This document shows positions 12,725-26,110 of a DNA stretch of 64,000 nucleotides, piece by piece (the first letter of the stretch is position 1; every line of letters begins with the position of its first letter). Source of the DNA: Mobula hypostoma. Its lineage: Eukaryota. The notes under the pieces are model-generated. The model did no database searches. It was given only the letters and a program-made list of their open reading frames with translations, and was not told the DNA's origin. The DNA lies in assembly GCF_963921235.1 (NCBI RefSeq), contig NC_086108.1, forward strand, positions 61,506,001 to 61,570,000. The letters run 5' to 3'. A program made the position numbers and the translations under genes.

Positions 12725-13170
12725 CCCGTGAGGTAATGTTGCAGCTCTATAAAACCTTGGTTAGACCACACTTGGAGTATTGTGCTCAGTTCTGGTCACC
12801 TCATTATAGGAAGGAAATGGAAGCCTTGAAGAGGGTGCAGAGGAGATTTAACAGAATGCTGCCTGGATTAGAGGGCATATCTTATGAAAACAGGTTTAGC
12901 AAACTAGGCCCTTTCTCTTCAGAGTGATAGAGAATGTGAGTGACTTAGTAGAGGTGTATAAGATGATAAGGGGCATAGATGGAGTGGATAGCCAGAGACA
13001 GATACATGGAACACCCGCCAGGGATGGTGGTACAGGTAGATTCTTAGGGGCATTTAAGAAGCTCCTAGATAAGCAAATGGATGATAGAAAAATGGAAGTT
13101 TATGCAGGAGGGAAGGATTAGATTGATCATATGGTCGATTAAAAGGTAGACAAACATCATGCCTGAAGGA
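12725..13170 (+). mobile_element. CR1 3' fragment
   Basis: MLQLYKTLVRPHLEYCAQFWSPHYRKEMEALKRVQRRF motif. Confidence 0.85.
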
Positions 13171-13408
13171 CCTGAAAACATCTTTAACCTGAAGAGTAAG
13201 AGGTAAAGATAACAAGTTTATGGAGCCTTGGTTTTTGAGAGATATTGAGGTCCTGGTTAAGAAAAAAAGATGTATAGCATGTATAGGTAGGCAGGAACAA
13301 ATGAGGTACTTAGACCATTAGACCATAAGACAAAGGAGCAGAAGTAGGCCATTCGGCCCATCGAGTCTGCTCCGCCATTTTATCATGAGCTGATCCATTT
13401 TATCCTAT

Positions 13409-16321
13409 TTAGTCCCACTGCCCTGCCTTCTCACCATAACCTTTGATGCCCTGGCTACTCAGATACCTATCAATCTCTGCCTTAAATACACCCAATGACT
13501 TGGCCTTCACTGCTGCCCGTGGCAACAAATTCCATAGATTCACCACCCTCTGACTAAAAAAATTTCTTCGCATTTCTGTTCTGAAAGGGCGCCCTTCAAT
13601 CCTGAAGTCATGCCCTCTCGTACTAGACTCCCCCATCATGGGAAGCAACTTTGCCACATCCACTCTGTCCATGCCTTTTAACATTCGAAATGTTTTTATG
13701 AGGTCTCCCCTCATTCTTCTAAACTCCAAGGAATACAGTCCAAGAGCGGACAAACGTTCCTCATATGTTAACCCTCTCATTCCCGGAATCATTCTAGTGA
13801 ATCTTCTCTGTATCCTCTCCAATGTCAGCACATCCTTTCTTAAATAAGGAGACCAAAACTGCCCACAGTACTCCAAGTGAGGTCTCACCAGCGCCTTATA
13901 GAGCCTCAACATCACATCCCTGGTCCTATACTCTATTCCTCTAGAAATGAATGCCAACATTGCATTCGCCTTCTTCACTACTGACTCAACCTGGAGGTTA
14001 ACTTTAAGGGAATCCTGTATGAGGACTCCCAAGTCCCGTTGCATCTCAGAACTTTGAATTCTCTCCCTATTTAAATAATAGTCTGCCCGTTTATTTTTTC
14101 TGCCAAAGTGCATAACCATACACTTTCCAACATTGTACTTCATTTGCCACTTCTCTGCCCATTCTTCCAATCTATCCAAGTCTCTCTGCAGACTCTCCGT
14201 TTCCTCAGCACTACCGGCCCCTCCACCTATCTTAGTATCATCAGCAAACTTAGCCACAAATCCATCTATTCCATAATCCAAATCGTTGATGTACAATGTA
14301 AAAATAAGCGGCCCCAACACTGAGCCCTGTGGAACACCACTGGTAACCGGCAGCCAACCAGAATAGGATCCCTTTATTCCCACTCTCTGTTTCCTGCCAA
14401 TCAGCCAATGCTCTATCCACGTATGTAACTTTCCTGTAATTCCATGGGCTCTTATCTTGTTAAGTAGCCTCATGTGTGGCACCTTGTCAAAGGCCTTCTG
14501 AAAATCCAAATATACAACATCCACTGCATCTCCCTTGTCTAGCCTACTGGTAATTTCCTCAAAAAATTGTAATAGGTTTGTCAGGCAGGATCTTCCTTCA
14601 AGGAATCCATGCTGAGTTCTCCCTATCTTGTCATATGCCTCCAGGTATTCTGTAACCTCATCCTTGACAATCGACTCCAACAACTTCCCAACCACTGACG
14701 TCAAGCTAACAGGTCTATAATTTCCTTTTTGCTTCCTTGCCCCCTTCTTAAATAGCGGAGTGACATTTGCAATCTTCCAGTCTTCCGGAACCATGCCAGA
14801 ATCTATCGACTTTTGAAAGATCATCGCTAATGCCTCTGCAATCTCCACAGCTACTTCCTTCAGAACACGAGGGTGCATTCCATCTGGTCCAGGAGATTTA
14901 TCGACCTTTAGCCTATTCAGCTTCCTGAGTACTTTCTCTGTCATAATTGTGACTGCGCACACTTCTCTTCCCTGCCACCCTTGAGTGTCCGGTATCCTGC
15001 TGTCTTCCTCAGTGAAGACTGATGCAAAATACTTGTTCAGTTCCTCTGCCATCTCCTCATCTCCCATTACAATTTCTCCAGTATCGTTTTCTATCGGTCC
15101 TATATCTACTCTCACCTGTCTTTTACTCTTTATATACTTGAAAAAGCTTTTAGTATCCTCTTTGATATTATTTGCTAGTTTCCTTTCATTGTTAATCTTT
15201 TCTCTCTTAATGCCTTCTTGGTTTCCTTTTGTAAGGTTTTAAAAACTTCCCAATCCTCTGTCTTCCCACTAATTTTTGCTTCCTTGTATGCCCTCTCCTT
15301 TGCTTTAACTTTGGCTTTGACTTCTCTTGTCAACCACGGTTGCATCCTTTTTCCACTCGAAAATTTCTTCTTTTTTGGAATATACCTGTCTTGCACATTC
15401 CTCATTTCTCGCATAAACTCCAGCCACTGCTGCTCTGCCGTCTTTCCCGCCAGTGTCTCTTTCCAGTCAACTTTGGCCAGTTCCTCTCTCATGCCACTGT
15501 AATTTCCTTTACTCCACTGAAACACCGACACATCAGATTTCGGCTTCTCTTTTTCTAATTTCACAGTGAACTCAATCATATTATGATCACTGTCTTCTAA
15601 GGGTTCCTTCACCTCAATCTCTCCAATCACCTCCGGTTCTTTACACAATACCCAATCCAGTACAGCCGATCCCATAGTGGGCTCAACAATAAGTTGTTCT
15701 AAAAAGCCATCTCGCAGACATTCTACAAATTCTCTCTCTTGAGATCCAGTGCCGACCTGATTTTTCCAATCTACTCGTGTTAAAATCCCCCACAATTATC
15801 ATAACACTGCCCTTCTGACAAGCCTTTTCTATTTCCAGTTGTAATTTGTAGTCCACATCCCTGCAGCTGTTTGGAGGCCTATAAATAACTGCCATCAGGG
15901 TCCTTTTACCCCTGCTATTCCTTAGCTCAACCCATAAAGATTCCGCACCTTCCGATCCTATATCACCTCTTTCTAATGATTTAATATCATTTCTTACCAA
16001 TAAAGCCACGCCTCCCCCTCTGCCTACCTTCCTATCCTTCCGATACACCGTGTATCTTTGGACGTTCAGCTCCCAGAGACATGCATCCTTTAGCCAGGTC
16101 TCAGTGATGGCCACAATATCATACCTGCCAATCTGTAGCTGTACAACAAGATCATCCACCTTATTCCTTATGCTGCATGCATTTAAGTACAACATCTTAA
16201 GACCAGTATTTGATACTTTTTGCTTTGATTTCACTGCAACTTTATTGCACTGCAACTCATCCCAATGGCTACACATTTGCCCCATCACCTGCCTGTCTTT
16301 CCTGACATCTTTACTGCTCAC
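13409..16321 (-). pseudogene. CR1 ORF2 (APE endonuclease + reverse transcriptase) with two frameshifts (~15780, ~15200)
   Basis: Three consecutive ORFs: 15683..16321 (LYLNACSIRNK, ITETWL, IYRPP, VGDFN), 15175..15795 (LDWVL, SDHNMI) and 13409..15115 (PGPDG, NYRPVSLTS, YLDFQKAFD, GVPQGSVLGP, FADDTK). Confidence 0.93.
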
Positions 16322-16388
16322 TATCTTAGATTTATTTCTGTTTTCCCCTTCTCCGCTCTATCATTCCGGTTCCCATCCCCCTGCCAAA

Positions 16389-17356
16389 TTAGTTTAAACC
16401 CTCCCTAACAGCTCTATTAAACTTTCCCGCCAGGATATTGGTCCCCTTCGGGTTCAGGTGTAACCTGTCCTTTTTGAACAGGTCATACTTCCCCCAGAAG
16501 AGATCCCAATTATCCAAGAATCTGAAGCCCTGCCCCCTACACCAGTCTCTCAGCCAGGCATTCATCTGCCTGATCCGACTACTCTTGCCCTCGCTAGCAC
16601 GTAGCACAGGTAGCAATCCCGAGATTACTACCCTGGAGGTCCTACTTCTCAGCTTCCTTCCTAACTCCTGGAAATCTCTCTTCAGGACCTCCTCCTTTGT
16701 CCTATCTATGTCATTGGTACCAACATGTACCAAGACAACTGGCTGCTCACCCTCCCCCTTTAGAATATTCAGGACCCGATCCGAGACATCCCGTACCCTG
16801 GCACCTGGGAGGCAACACACCATGTGGGTATCTCTATCAGGCTCACAGAATCTCCTGTCTGTTCCCCTGACTATGGAATCCCCCACGACTACCGCATTTC
16901 TCTTCTCCCTCCTTCTCTCCTGCACAACGGCGCCAGGCTCAGTGCCAGAGACTCGGTCACCGTGGGCGTCCCCTGTCAGGTCATCCCCTTCAACAGCATC
17001 CAGAACAAGATATTTGTTGTTGAGGGGGACAGCCTCAGGGGTGCTCTCCACTATCCGGGCATTTCCCTTCCCTCTCTTGACAGTGACCCAGTGTTCTGAC
17101 TCCTGTAGCCTAGGGATGACTACTGACTCCTGTAGCCTAGGGATGACTACCTCCCTGTAGCTCCTGTCTATCACCTCTTCACTTTCCCTGATAAGCAGTA
17201 GGTCATCAAGCTGAGCTGCAGCTCCAGATCCCTAACACAGTTTCTGAGGAGCTGCAACTCGGTGCACCTAGCGCAGATATGGCCATCAGGGATGCTGGAA
17301 GTCTCCCAGGATTCCCACATCTGACACCCTGAACAAAGCACTAACCCTGCAGGCAT
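16389..17356 (-). pseudogene. CR1 ORF1: Cys-rich zinc finger/coiled coil + SGNH esterase domain, one frameshift near 17210
   Basis: CSGCQM...CARC..LQLL...LELQL followed by VVGDSIVRG, CLPGARV, VHVGTND and DRLHLN (GDSL/SGNH blocks, established for CR1 ORF1). Confidence 0.9.
17097..17150. repeat. 27-bp perfect tandem duplication inside CR1 ORF1
   Basis: tgactcctgtagcctagggatgactac occurs twice, giving VVIPRLQES twice in frame. Confidence 0.95.
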
Positions 17357-17642
17357 GCTATCTAATTCTACACAAATGAAACAGGAAAAGTAAGTCTACT
17401 CACCCACTTACCTCGCCAAACAGACAAACTTTTTAAACCGTTAGCTGTGAGAGACCTGCTGTTCCTGTCTGTCCGGGCCGATTCGTGAAAGAGGTGGGGG
17501 CGGGGAAGAGAAAAAAGAGTTGGCGCTTCACTCTCGCCTCTTCCCGTTTATCGCCGAAGCCCGTTGAAGCCAAAGCCTTACACTCTGCTACCGCTCAATC
17601 CACTGCCCACTCCGACAGCTGCCCGCTGTATAGGGTGGTCGC

Positions 17643-17692
17643 CTTTTTAAACTCTCTGCGCAGTCCTGCTGACGTCACACGCCTGCGCAGTC
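17643..17692 (-). promoter_or_regulatory. Candidate internal Pol II promoter motifs in CR1 5' UTR
   Basis: Palindromic CRE TGACGTCA (17670-17677) is flanked by two ctgcgcagtc copies, followed on the minus strand by TTTAAAAAG, in a CpG-rich context. Confidence 0.35.
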
Positions 17693-20600
17693 TCGCCCTT
17701 CTTGCACTCGAAGAAGTTTTTAAAAAAAACTGCCTTCCTTCACAATTCAGCTCCCACGACGCTCTGTAGTCTTATACTTGAAGAGTATAAGAAATGCAAG
17801 AGAACACTTATGAATGGAATCAGGAGGATAAAAGAAAACATGAGGTTGCTCTAATAGACCAGGTGAAGGAGATTTATAAGGACTTCTATGGATATACTAA
17901 GAGCAGAAGGATAGCAAGGGACAAAATTGCTCCTCTAGAAGATCAGAGTGGCAATCTATGCATGGAGCCTATTTCCTCAGGAGACAGGCACAGAGCCTAT
18001 AGAAGTGAGGCAATGCAGTAGTGAGGTCATTGACCTTATACAGACTACAGAGGAGGAGGTGTTTGCTGTTTTGAGGCAAATTAGGGTGAATAAATCCCCA
18101 GGGTCTGACAAGGTGTTCATTCAGAAATTGCAATGGCACGAGTAGAGATATTTAAAACATCCTTAGCCATGGGTGAGCTGCCAGAGTATTAGAGGATAGC
18201 TAATATTGTCCTGTTGGTTAAGAAAGGCTGAAAGAATAAACTAGGAAATTATAGGCTGGTAAGCCTGACAGCAGTAGTAGGAAAGTTATTGGAAAGTATT
18301 CTAAGGAACCTGATATAAGTATTTGGACAGACTTGGACTGATTAGTGATAGTCAACATGGCTTTGTGTGTGGCAAGTCATGTCTAATCAATCGTACAGAG
18401 TTTTTTGAGCAAGTTACCAGGAAAGTTGATGAAGGCATCAACTGGATATTGTCTACATGGAGTTTAGCAGGGCCTTTGACAATGTCTCGCATGGCAGGTC
18501 AGTCAAGAAGATTCAGTTGCTTGGAATTCAAGATGGGATGGTAAATTGGATTAAACATTGGCTTTGTGGGAGAAGCCAGAGGGTGTTTGTAGATGGTTGC
18601 CTCTCTGACTGGAAGCCTGTGACTAGTGGAGTTGCACAGGTATCAGTGCTGGGTCCATTGTTCTTTGTCATGTATATCAATGATCTGGATGATAATGTGG
18701 TAACCTGGATCAGCAAATTTGCAGATGACACCAAGAATGGGAGTGTCGTTGTTGGCAAGGAAGACTATCAAAGCATGCAGCAAGAAAAATGAGCTGAAAT
18801 AATGGCAGATGGAATTTAATGCAGACAAGTGTGAGTTGTTGCACTTTGAAATGACCACCCAGGGCTGGTCTTACATGGTGAGCAGTAGGACACTGAGGAA
18901 TATGGTAAAAAAGAGGGAACTGGGAATACAGATCCATAATTCCTTGGAAGTGGCATCACAGGTAGATGTGATTGTAAAAAATGCTTTTGACACATTGGCT
19001 TTCATAAATCAATATATTGAGTACAGGAATTGGGGTGTTATGTTGAAATTGTATAAGACATCAGTGAGGCCTATATTAGAGTATTGTGTGCAGTTTTGGT
19101 CACCTACTGTACCTTCAGGAAAGATATCAATAAGATTGAAAGAGTGCAGAGAAAATTTACAAGGTTGTTGGCTGAATAGTTTAGGACTTCATTCCTTAGA
19201 ATGTACAAGATTGAGGGGAAATTTGATAGAGGCATTCAGAATTATGAGGGGTATAGATAGGGTAAAAACAAGCAGGCTTTTTGAGGTTGGGTGAGACTAT
19301 AACTAGAGCTCATGGGTTAAAGGGGAAAGGTGAAATATTTAATGGGAATATAAGGAGGAACTTCATTCAGAGGGTGGTGACAGCGTGGAACAAGCTGACA
19401 ACAGGAGTGGAGGATGTAGGGTTAATTTCAACATTTAAGAGAAATTTGGATAGGTACATGGATGGGAGGGATATGGAGAGCTATGGTCTGGGTGCAGGTC
19501 GATGGGACTAGGCAGATTAATGGTTCAGCACAGATAAGATGGGCTGTAAGGCCTGTTTCAGTGCTGTAGTGTTCTAGGACCCTTAATACATCCTTGAATT
19601 CTCGCTGCTGTTTGTCTTTAGGTGTAGAGTTTGATATGACCAATTTATTTCTCACTGCTACTGAGTGTTTTCCCCAGTCTGCAACTCTGTAGGATTATTT
19701 TATACAAAATGTATAGCCTGCAGAATAATGGTAAGTGTGGAGGCAAAGAATGAAATTCAAAACTGATGTGGAGGCATTACTTGCTTTTTAAATTATTGAT
19801 ATGTAAATTCAATCTTTTAATGTGTTCGTTGGACTTACTTTGTATGCATGTGCTCATGATTCATCATATCTCCAAACTCCAATAAATATTTAACGGTGGT
19901 AAATTAAAGTCTCAATAAAAACAAGGGAGGGGAACAACAGCTTTTAATGACTATAGGAAAATCATTTTAAAATCCTTTGTCTTTAAACTGGTTATTTGGC
20001 ACTTACACAGCAAAGTTATATTTGCTAACCTTTAGTATTTTGAAATAATCATTCCAGAATTTAAATATATAATGTGATTTTACCCTGACTGATAATCAAT
20101 GCCAAGTCTTCATTTTCTCTCAGCTGGTCACAGACCAATTTTCCCTAAAATAAATTCCAAATTGATCTAAAATATGTTATGGGATCCTATAAGACATCAT
20201 GAATCTGCCCTTGCTATAGAATCACAGAGAGATGCAACAGGGAGATGGACAATTTGGCCCAACTGAGTTCACACTACTAACCATCAACCATTCATTACAC
20301 TAATCCCACATTCCCATCAGCTCCCCAGAAACACCTACCAACAAGGATTAATTTATAGTGGACAATTGTCCTACCTAACAGGAAAGCGTACCCCAGAGAC
20401 CCAAGAACAAAAAACTTTGCTGGCATTTCTGTATTATCAGGGTACTACACTATCAGAGGTGCTATATTTTGAATTAGTTAACTGGGGTCACAACAGTTCT
20501 CAAAGGGAGACAGTAAAGATCCCATGACAACACTTCGACAAAGATAAGTTTGACTATTCCAGGTGTTAGGCCAATGTTTAACTTATAACAAGTGCTACTG

Positions 20601-20910
20601 AAAACCAAAAATCTCGTTTATTTCACACTATTACATGGAGGAGATTTCTGCGCGCATTTATTCTAGTTGTGCATGAGATTTGGGTTCATTGGCTAAAACA
20701 GAGCTTTTTGCTCTTACCCAAATCTCATGAATTTACTGGCTGCTCTGAGTGCAGTCAAGAGTCCAACACATTAATGTGGGTCTGGGCTCGTATATGCATA
20801 GACCAGATAATGACATAAATTTCCTTCCCTGAAGCCAATCTGCAAATTGGATGCAAATTTACTACATTAGTTTCATTATTCTTATTACAAATGCAAGGTC
20901 ATGAAAAGCT

Positions 20911-21135
20911 TTATGTAAATTCATCATTTTTTTTCTCTTTTGAACTCAGAGAGCAGATTTTTTTTTGTATGTGTGCAGCCTTGTGTTTTGGAATCTGCGT
21001 GGGCGTGAGATCACAAAACGTACATAACCTCACAAGCTTAATAAGAAAACTGGCTGAAGTAAATATCCCCACTGAACTCATTGATAGATCATGAATGAAA
21101 GCCACAAACAGCACCGATAATTTCTTCTGTGTATC
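20911..21135 (-). CDS. Candidate terminal coding exon of an unidentified host gene
   Basis: AG at 21136-21137, then a 75-codon open frame DTQKKLSVLFVAF...KNDEFT* in apparently non-repeat sequence. Polypyrimidine tract is weak and no homology was recognised. Confidence 0.2.
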   Translation of the reverse strand, partial: DTQKKLSVLFVAFIHDLSMSSVGIFTSASFLIKLVRLCTFCDLTPTQIPKHKAAHIQKKICSLSSKEKKNDEFT

Positions 21136-21279
21136 CTAAGTTGATGACAACTAACTGGTTTCTAAAGACATCATGTCTTAACGAAAGAAATTAAATATTT
21201 GCAGGAAAAATATACTATTTTATACCTAAAGAAAAACAATCAGCAATTTCCAAAAAGAAAAATAATTCTTGAGCTTAAG

Positions 21280-21480
21280 TTGACAGTGGGAGTGTGGAAG
21301 GAGCTGCCAGCAGAAGTGGTAGAAGCGTGTTCAATTGCAACATCTAAGCAAGGTTTGGATAGGTAACTGGATGGGAGGGGTATGGAGAGCTATAGTCTGG
21401 GTGCAGGTTAATGGGACTAGGCAGTAAAATAGGTAGGCATGGACTAGTTGGGCCAAGGGGCCTGTTTCTGTGCTTTATGT
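21280..21480 (+). mobile_element. CR1 3' end fragment
   Basis: Nearly the same sequence as 19380-19570 (gatgggagggg.tatggagagcta..gtctgggtgcaggt). Confidence 0.8.
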
Positions 21481-22215
21481 CAAGAGGTGAGAAGAAAACA
21501 CTTTAATATAATGCAGCTACTGTCAGTTGGTTGTTATTACAGACGTTCTACCCCTAACAGTTAAGTTAAGTTAAATCAAAAGTTGCGTATTGAACGGTGG
21601 TGAACGAACAGAGATTGAAGACTACATTCATTTAATGCCAGCATGTTCTCCTAAATATGTGTAAGCTCTTCTTAAATTGCTTGCAGTAGTACCATCTTTA
21701 CTTCTCACAGATACCACTAATTCCCAGAAGGATTTCTGAGTGAGGTGTCCACCAGACTCATTGGTTTCAATCTTTCTGTCACCCTTTATCACTTTATTAG
21801 AGTGAGATTAGTGGTCTCTTAAACATTGTACTTTATCCTCCTAAACCATTTGGTTCAATGCTACTTCATACAGCATTTCACCTTTTCTTCCTATCAAAGC
21901 TCACAGGATTAAAATGGTTGCAGCCCCTGGAATGATTTGCAGTCAAGTGTGGCTTTTCAATATGTTCTTTTTCTTTGAGTACACAATCTTTCACTAAATA
22001 GAAATCTCAACCATGAGCATCACAAGACAAATTGGTAAATGGGAATTCCCAAAGTTAATGGCAGATCTACATTACTGACTGCCCCTTAAGCTAATTACTT
22101 ATTTTTCAAATCAATTAGGAAACAAAAGGTATGATGTTGTAACCTACAAGCAAATGTATCATTGTTACACCTATTGTAGCCAAGAGATACAACTATTACT
22201 CTTTATGCTTTATTC

Positions 22216-22790
22216 TCAGTCAGTCAGTCAGTCAGTGGGTGACATCCTGAATCCAAGGTTGGCGGCTATGCACCTCCATCTTCCTCGATCTTGCGTCAGC
22301 ACCGAGTACAGCCTCTCCTCCAGTTTGTTCTCGCTGGCCACCTTGGCACCACCTGCCCCCGCCGAACTTGAGCCAGAGGTCATGTCGGCTTCCAGCAGCG
22401 GCCACTTCTTCGAGCTTGGCCTTTCCTTAGGCAGAGGCCTTGGGTAGGTCCAGGCACACGGTGCAGTGCCCAAGTTCATCATGTCTCTTCTAACTAGGTG
22501 CATAGCGTATGATTCGTAGATACGTGGTGAGGCTTTAATCTCTTCCACAGAAGATGGCCATTGGCTCACAAGGAGCTCATCCGCCGTTTGTCAGGTCTTG
22601 TTTTTTTCTCTCCTGCTGGGTGTCCTCACACCCTCCTCACCAGACTAGGTCCGGTGGGGGAGCCAGCCCAAGTCGCTGACCACTCGACTACGGCCCCCAG
22701 CCGCGCGCCGGGCGCACGCCCCCTGCCAAATCTCTCCGAGCGTCCAGCGCCCGGCTGAAAACTATGGTCGAGTGGCCGGCGACCAGACAG
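22216..22790 (-). mobile_element. CpG-rich short retroposon with an RTE-like 3' end
   Basis: (TCAG)n tail at 22216-22235. Minus-strand LTQDRGRWRCIAANL resembles an RTE C-terminus. GC/CpG-rich 5' part at 22680-22790. Confidence 0.55.
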
Positions 22791-24050
22791 TACTGCAACT
22801 TTCAGTCATCTGCAATGTCAGCTGAGATAATTTTGGTAGTATTCTTAGCCAAAAGGTTTGTGTTTTAATTCCCACTCTGAAGTCGCAAGCACAAAGATCT
22901 CGGTTGAAACTTGAGTGTAACACTTCTGCTGTGAGATGTGTGGTGCTTTCTTTCAAAACTATTGTTAAACCATGGCCTCATCTGGTATCACAGGTATGTG
23001 CAAAAAATCTCACATGTAATTTCAAGGAAGAGTAACAATTCTCCTCACTATCCCTGCAATACTTACTGGAAAAGCTTGTTTAGTTACTTACTTCTGCAAA
23101 CTCATTGAACATAATTTGCCTGTAACATTTCCTTCTGTACAAGGAGGACCTCACTTCAAAAGTATGCCATTGATTGTAAAATGTTTTAGGGTGCTCCAAA
23201 TAAGATGAGAAAGGTCGTGTATGAATACAATTTTTTTCACTAATTCCCATTCTTTTCATTTCTATTCTGCTTGTCAGATCTATAGCACTTCATTAAAGTT
23301 CTCATTACATTGATGCTTCTCCTTTTCCTCATTGGCTACTTCTGATTCCAAAGAGCATACTTGCCAATGTTTGCTGTGATGATGTTTAATTTTTTTAATC
23401 AATCTCCAAAGTTAAATAACTCTAGTAAATTAGTCAAACAAATCAGATCTCAGAATATGAACTTCCTCTTTGCTGAAATTGAAATTCTTGATTAACACAA
23501 TGACTCCATCCTTCCAAATACTGCTACCTTGAACAATCTTAATTGATTTAACAATCAAATAACTTTATTTTCATTTGTCCCAGCAACTGATCCCGTCTCT
23601 AAATCCCTGCCTTTTCATTTGTTTGGAATTAGTTGTACCACAGGAAGCAATGGGTGTGCTTTCTGCAAGAATATAAAATTATTATAGCATGGGACATCAG
23701 CAATCTCCACCGAAGCCATTAAACAAAAAGAACTGTTGCATACAGCATTAAAATAAAGAGACTTTACCTGCTCTGGAGTTGGCTTGCTTCAAACCACTGG
23801 CCAACTGCTATCTCTTTCTTAACTACACCAAAAACCTCAGCATCAAAAACCACCTCTTACCTAGCCAGCAGGTATTCCGCATGTCATTTGCAGCACATTA
23901 TTTCTGCATGTAATTCAAGGCATGTAATTTAATTTTTCTGATGAATTTCAGTTCTAAGCATTCCCATAATGTTCAGCTACTGAATTCCATTGAATAGTAA
24001 ATTCACATTTTTAAATCAAGTAGGCTAACAAAGTATTTTGGAAAACTTAC

Positions 24051-24092
24051 CTTTATTGTCTCTCCTTTTTCACTTAGTATGCGCATCCATTT
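24051..24092 (-). CDS. Candidate 42-nt internal exon (KWMRILSEKGETIK)
   Basis: Acceptor ...ctgatcttag and consensus donor AAG|GTAAGT. Phase 0-0 and open. Confidence 0.3.
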
Positions 24093-24551
24093 CTAAGATC
24101 AGTGTGGTAATAACAGGGCAATTGTTCGTGAGAAGGGGAGTTGGGAGGAGAAATACTAACAGCAGATGATCCCTATATTAAGCAAAAAAACAAGATCTAT
24201 TATTGTCTCAGAGCAAAAATTCAGATGTTTCTCTTCAACGGTTTTGATGAAGGGTCACAATGAAATGGCGAGATATCAACCATTTTAATGCTAAGTACCC
24301 AGCTGTGTATACACAGAACAATGGTAAAAAAAATTTGCATTCATACCTCGACTCCGATGCAAATATACTGTATGTTGAATGAAATAGATAAGGGTGTGGA
24401 CATTTCAGTAAGTAGTGGAAAAATTAGGAGAAGAGATTGAAATTATGGCTGAACCTGTTGTAAAGATTTTGGAACGTAGCTTTGCTACAGGGTATAAACA
24501 GAGTGATTCAGTGAGCAGGAAGATTCTGATACCAATGGTGAAACAAGTGTA

Positions 24552-26110
24552 TGGCAATTGGGGGTCCACAAAAGCCAGCACCGGCGCCTGGGTCAGCAGC
24601 TCGTACAGCGACTGAAAAGCCTCGTCACATTTTACATCCCACCTCTGTCCAAAGGGCTCCGATGGGTTTAGATATTCTCCTCCCTCCTGTTCTTTTCTCC
24701 CCCTCCCTTTCTTCCCCAAGGGAGGGTAACCACATAGAAGCGGATTCAAGGGGTGACTCACTTTGGCGTAGCCCTTCACGAATCTCCGATAATAACCACA
24801 GAACCCAAAGAACGAGCGCAGAGCACTCACAGTCTGGGGCCTTGGCCAAGTGGTCACCGCTTCTATCTTAGCCGGGTCTATAGCTACTCCATCCTTGAGA
24901 TTATGTGTCCAACATAGCTAACAGACGCTTGGCAGAACTGGCACTTGTCCAGGGAAAGTTTTAACCCTTCAGCTTTCAGGCGGCCGAGCACCTTCGGTGT
25001 CTTTGCTTCATATTCTTCCAAGGTGGATCCAAACACTATGAGGTCATCCAAATACACCAACACCTCAAGCAAGTTCATATCCCCCACTGTCTTCTCCATG
25101 ACCCGCTGGAAGGTTGCTGGGGCTCCCGATATGCCCTGGGGCATCCTTTCGAACTGGAAGAATCCCAGGGTACATATAAATGCCGTCTTCTCTTTGTCGG
25201 CCTCACTCCTCGGGATCTGGTAGTATCCACTCCTCAAATCCAGCACACTGAACCACTTCACACAACTCAGACAGGCCAGTGTGTCCTTGACCCTCGGGAC
25301 CGTATACTGGTCAGGGCCGGTGCGCCTGTTCAGAGTCCTATAGTCCACACGCATCCGTACATTCCCATTCTTCTTCCGGGTCACTACTATTGGGGACACA
25401 TAGGGGCTTCAGGACTCAGTGATGAGACCAGCTTCCTTCAACTTACACAAATGCTCCCTTACATCTTCTCCCTCTGCAGGGGCCAGTCACTGCGACCTCT
25501 CTCTAAATGGGGTGTCCTCGGTCATCTGGATAGTGTGACGAGTGCTCTTGGAACAACCCACATCAAATTTGCCAAGGGAAAAGACACCTCCCAGCTTCAA
25601 CACCTTCTCTACCAGCCTCCTTTTCCAACCCGGCAGCACTGGGGAGTCCCCAAAGTTGAATGACCCTGCGGTCAACTTTCCCCCTGTTTCCAATAGTTCT
25701 TCCCGGCATGCCTCACGGGGGCACTAGACATTATTGTCATTGGAAACAAATGTGCCAGGGGAATCCCCCGCTTGAAGGTAACCTTTCTCTTCATAGTGTT
25801 CCTGACGATCACTGCCATCCTGCTCACCTGTACAACTGAGGGCTTCTGCAATTCGGGCCTCACCAGTAGCCCATCAGGAAATCCCAACTCCCCCTCGTGG
25901 TCTTCCGGAGTGTCCACTAAGAGGGCTTCACCCTCAGGCACTCCGGGAAATTTGGGGGTCATAATCACTCTCGCTACTTCCCCGGGCCGTACCACCATTG
26001 GCTTCGACTGGGTGAACTACAAAGTCCCTCGTTTAAATTCGATATCCAGCCCAGTGCTGCCACGCACTTCCTCAAAAGCAGCTCAAAGCACTGGGTGCAC
26101 AGACAACGTG
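24552..26110 (-). pseudogene. Gypsy pol: PR-RT linker, RT and connection up to LAFVDPQLPY (inverted)
   Basis: ORFs 25672..25998, 25487..25693, 24884..25399 and 24405..24857, all on the minus strand. Confidence 0.9.

Larger units (their letters stand above)
13312..17774 (-). mobile_element. Near full-length young CR1 LINE (~4.46 kb)
   Basis: CpG-rich 5' UTR, ORF1, ORF2 (APE endonuclease + RT) and 3' tail (tagaccat)n. Candidate TSD TACTT at 13307-13311 and 17775-17779. Confidence 0.95.
13195..19580 (+). mobile_element. Older plus-strand CR1 split by the young minus-strand CR1 (parts ~13195-13311 and 17775-19580)
   Basis: ...ggaacaaatgaggtactt | tacttgaagagtataagaaatgcaag reads continuously. 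Downstream SQHGFVCGKSCL, KFADDTK and LEYCVQFWSP motifs, with a CR1 tail near 19550-19580. Confidence 0.8.

Noticed and set aside
16438..17160. 240-aa plus-strand ORF
   Set aside because: Antisense shadow of CR1 ORF1 with no recognisable motifs.
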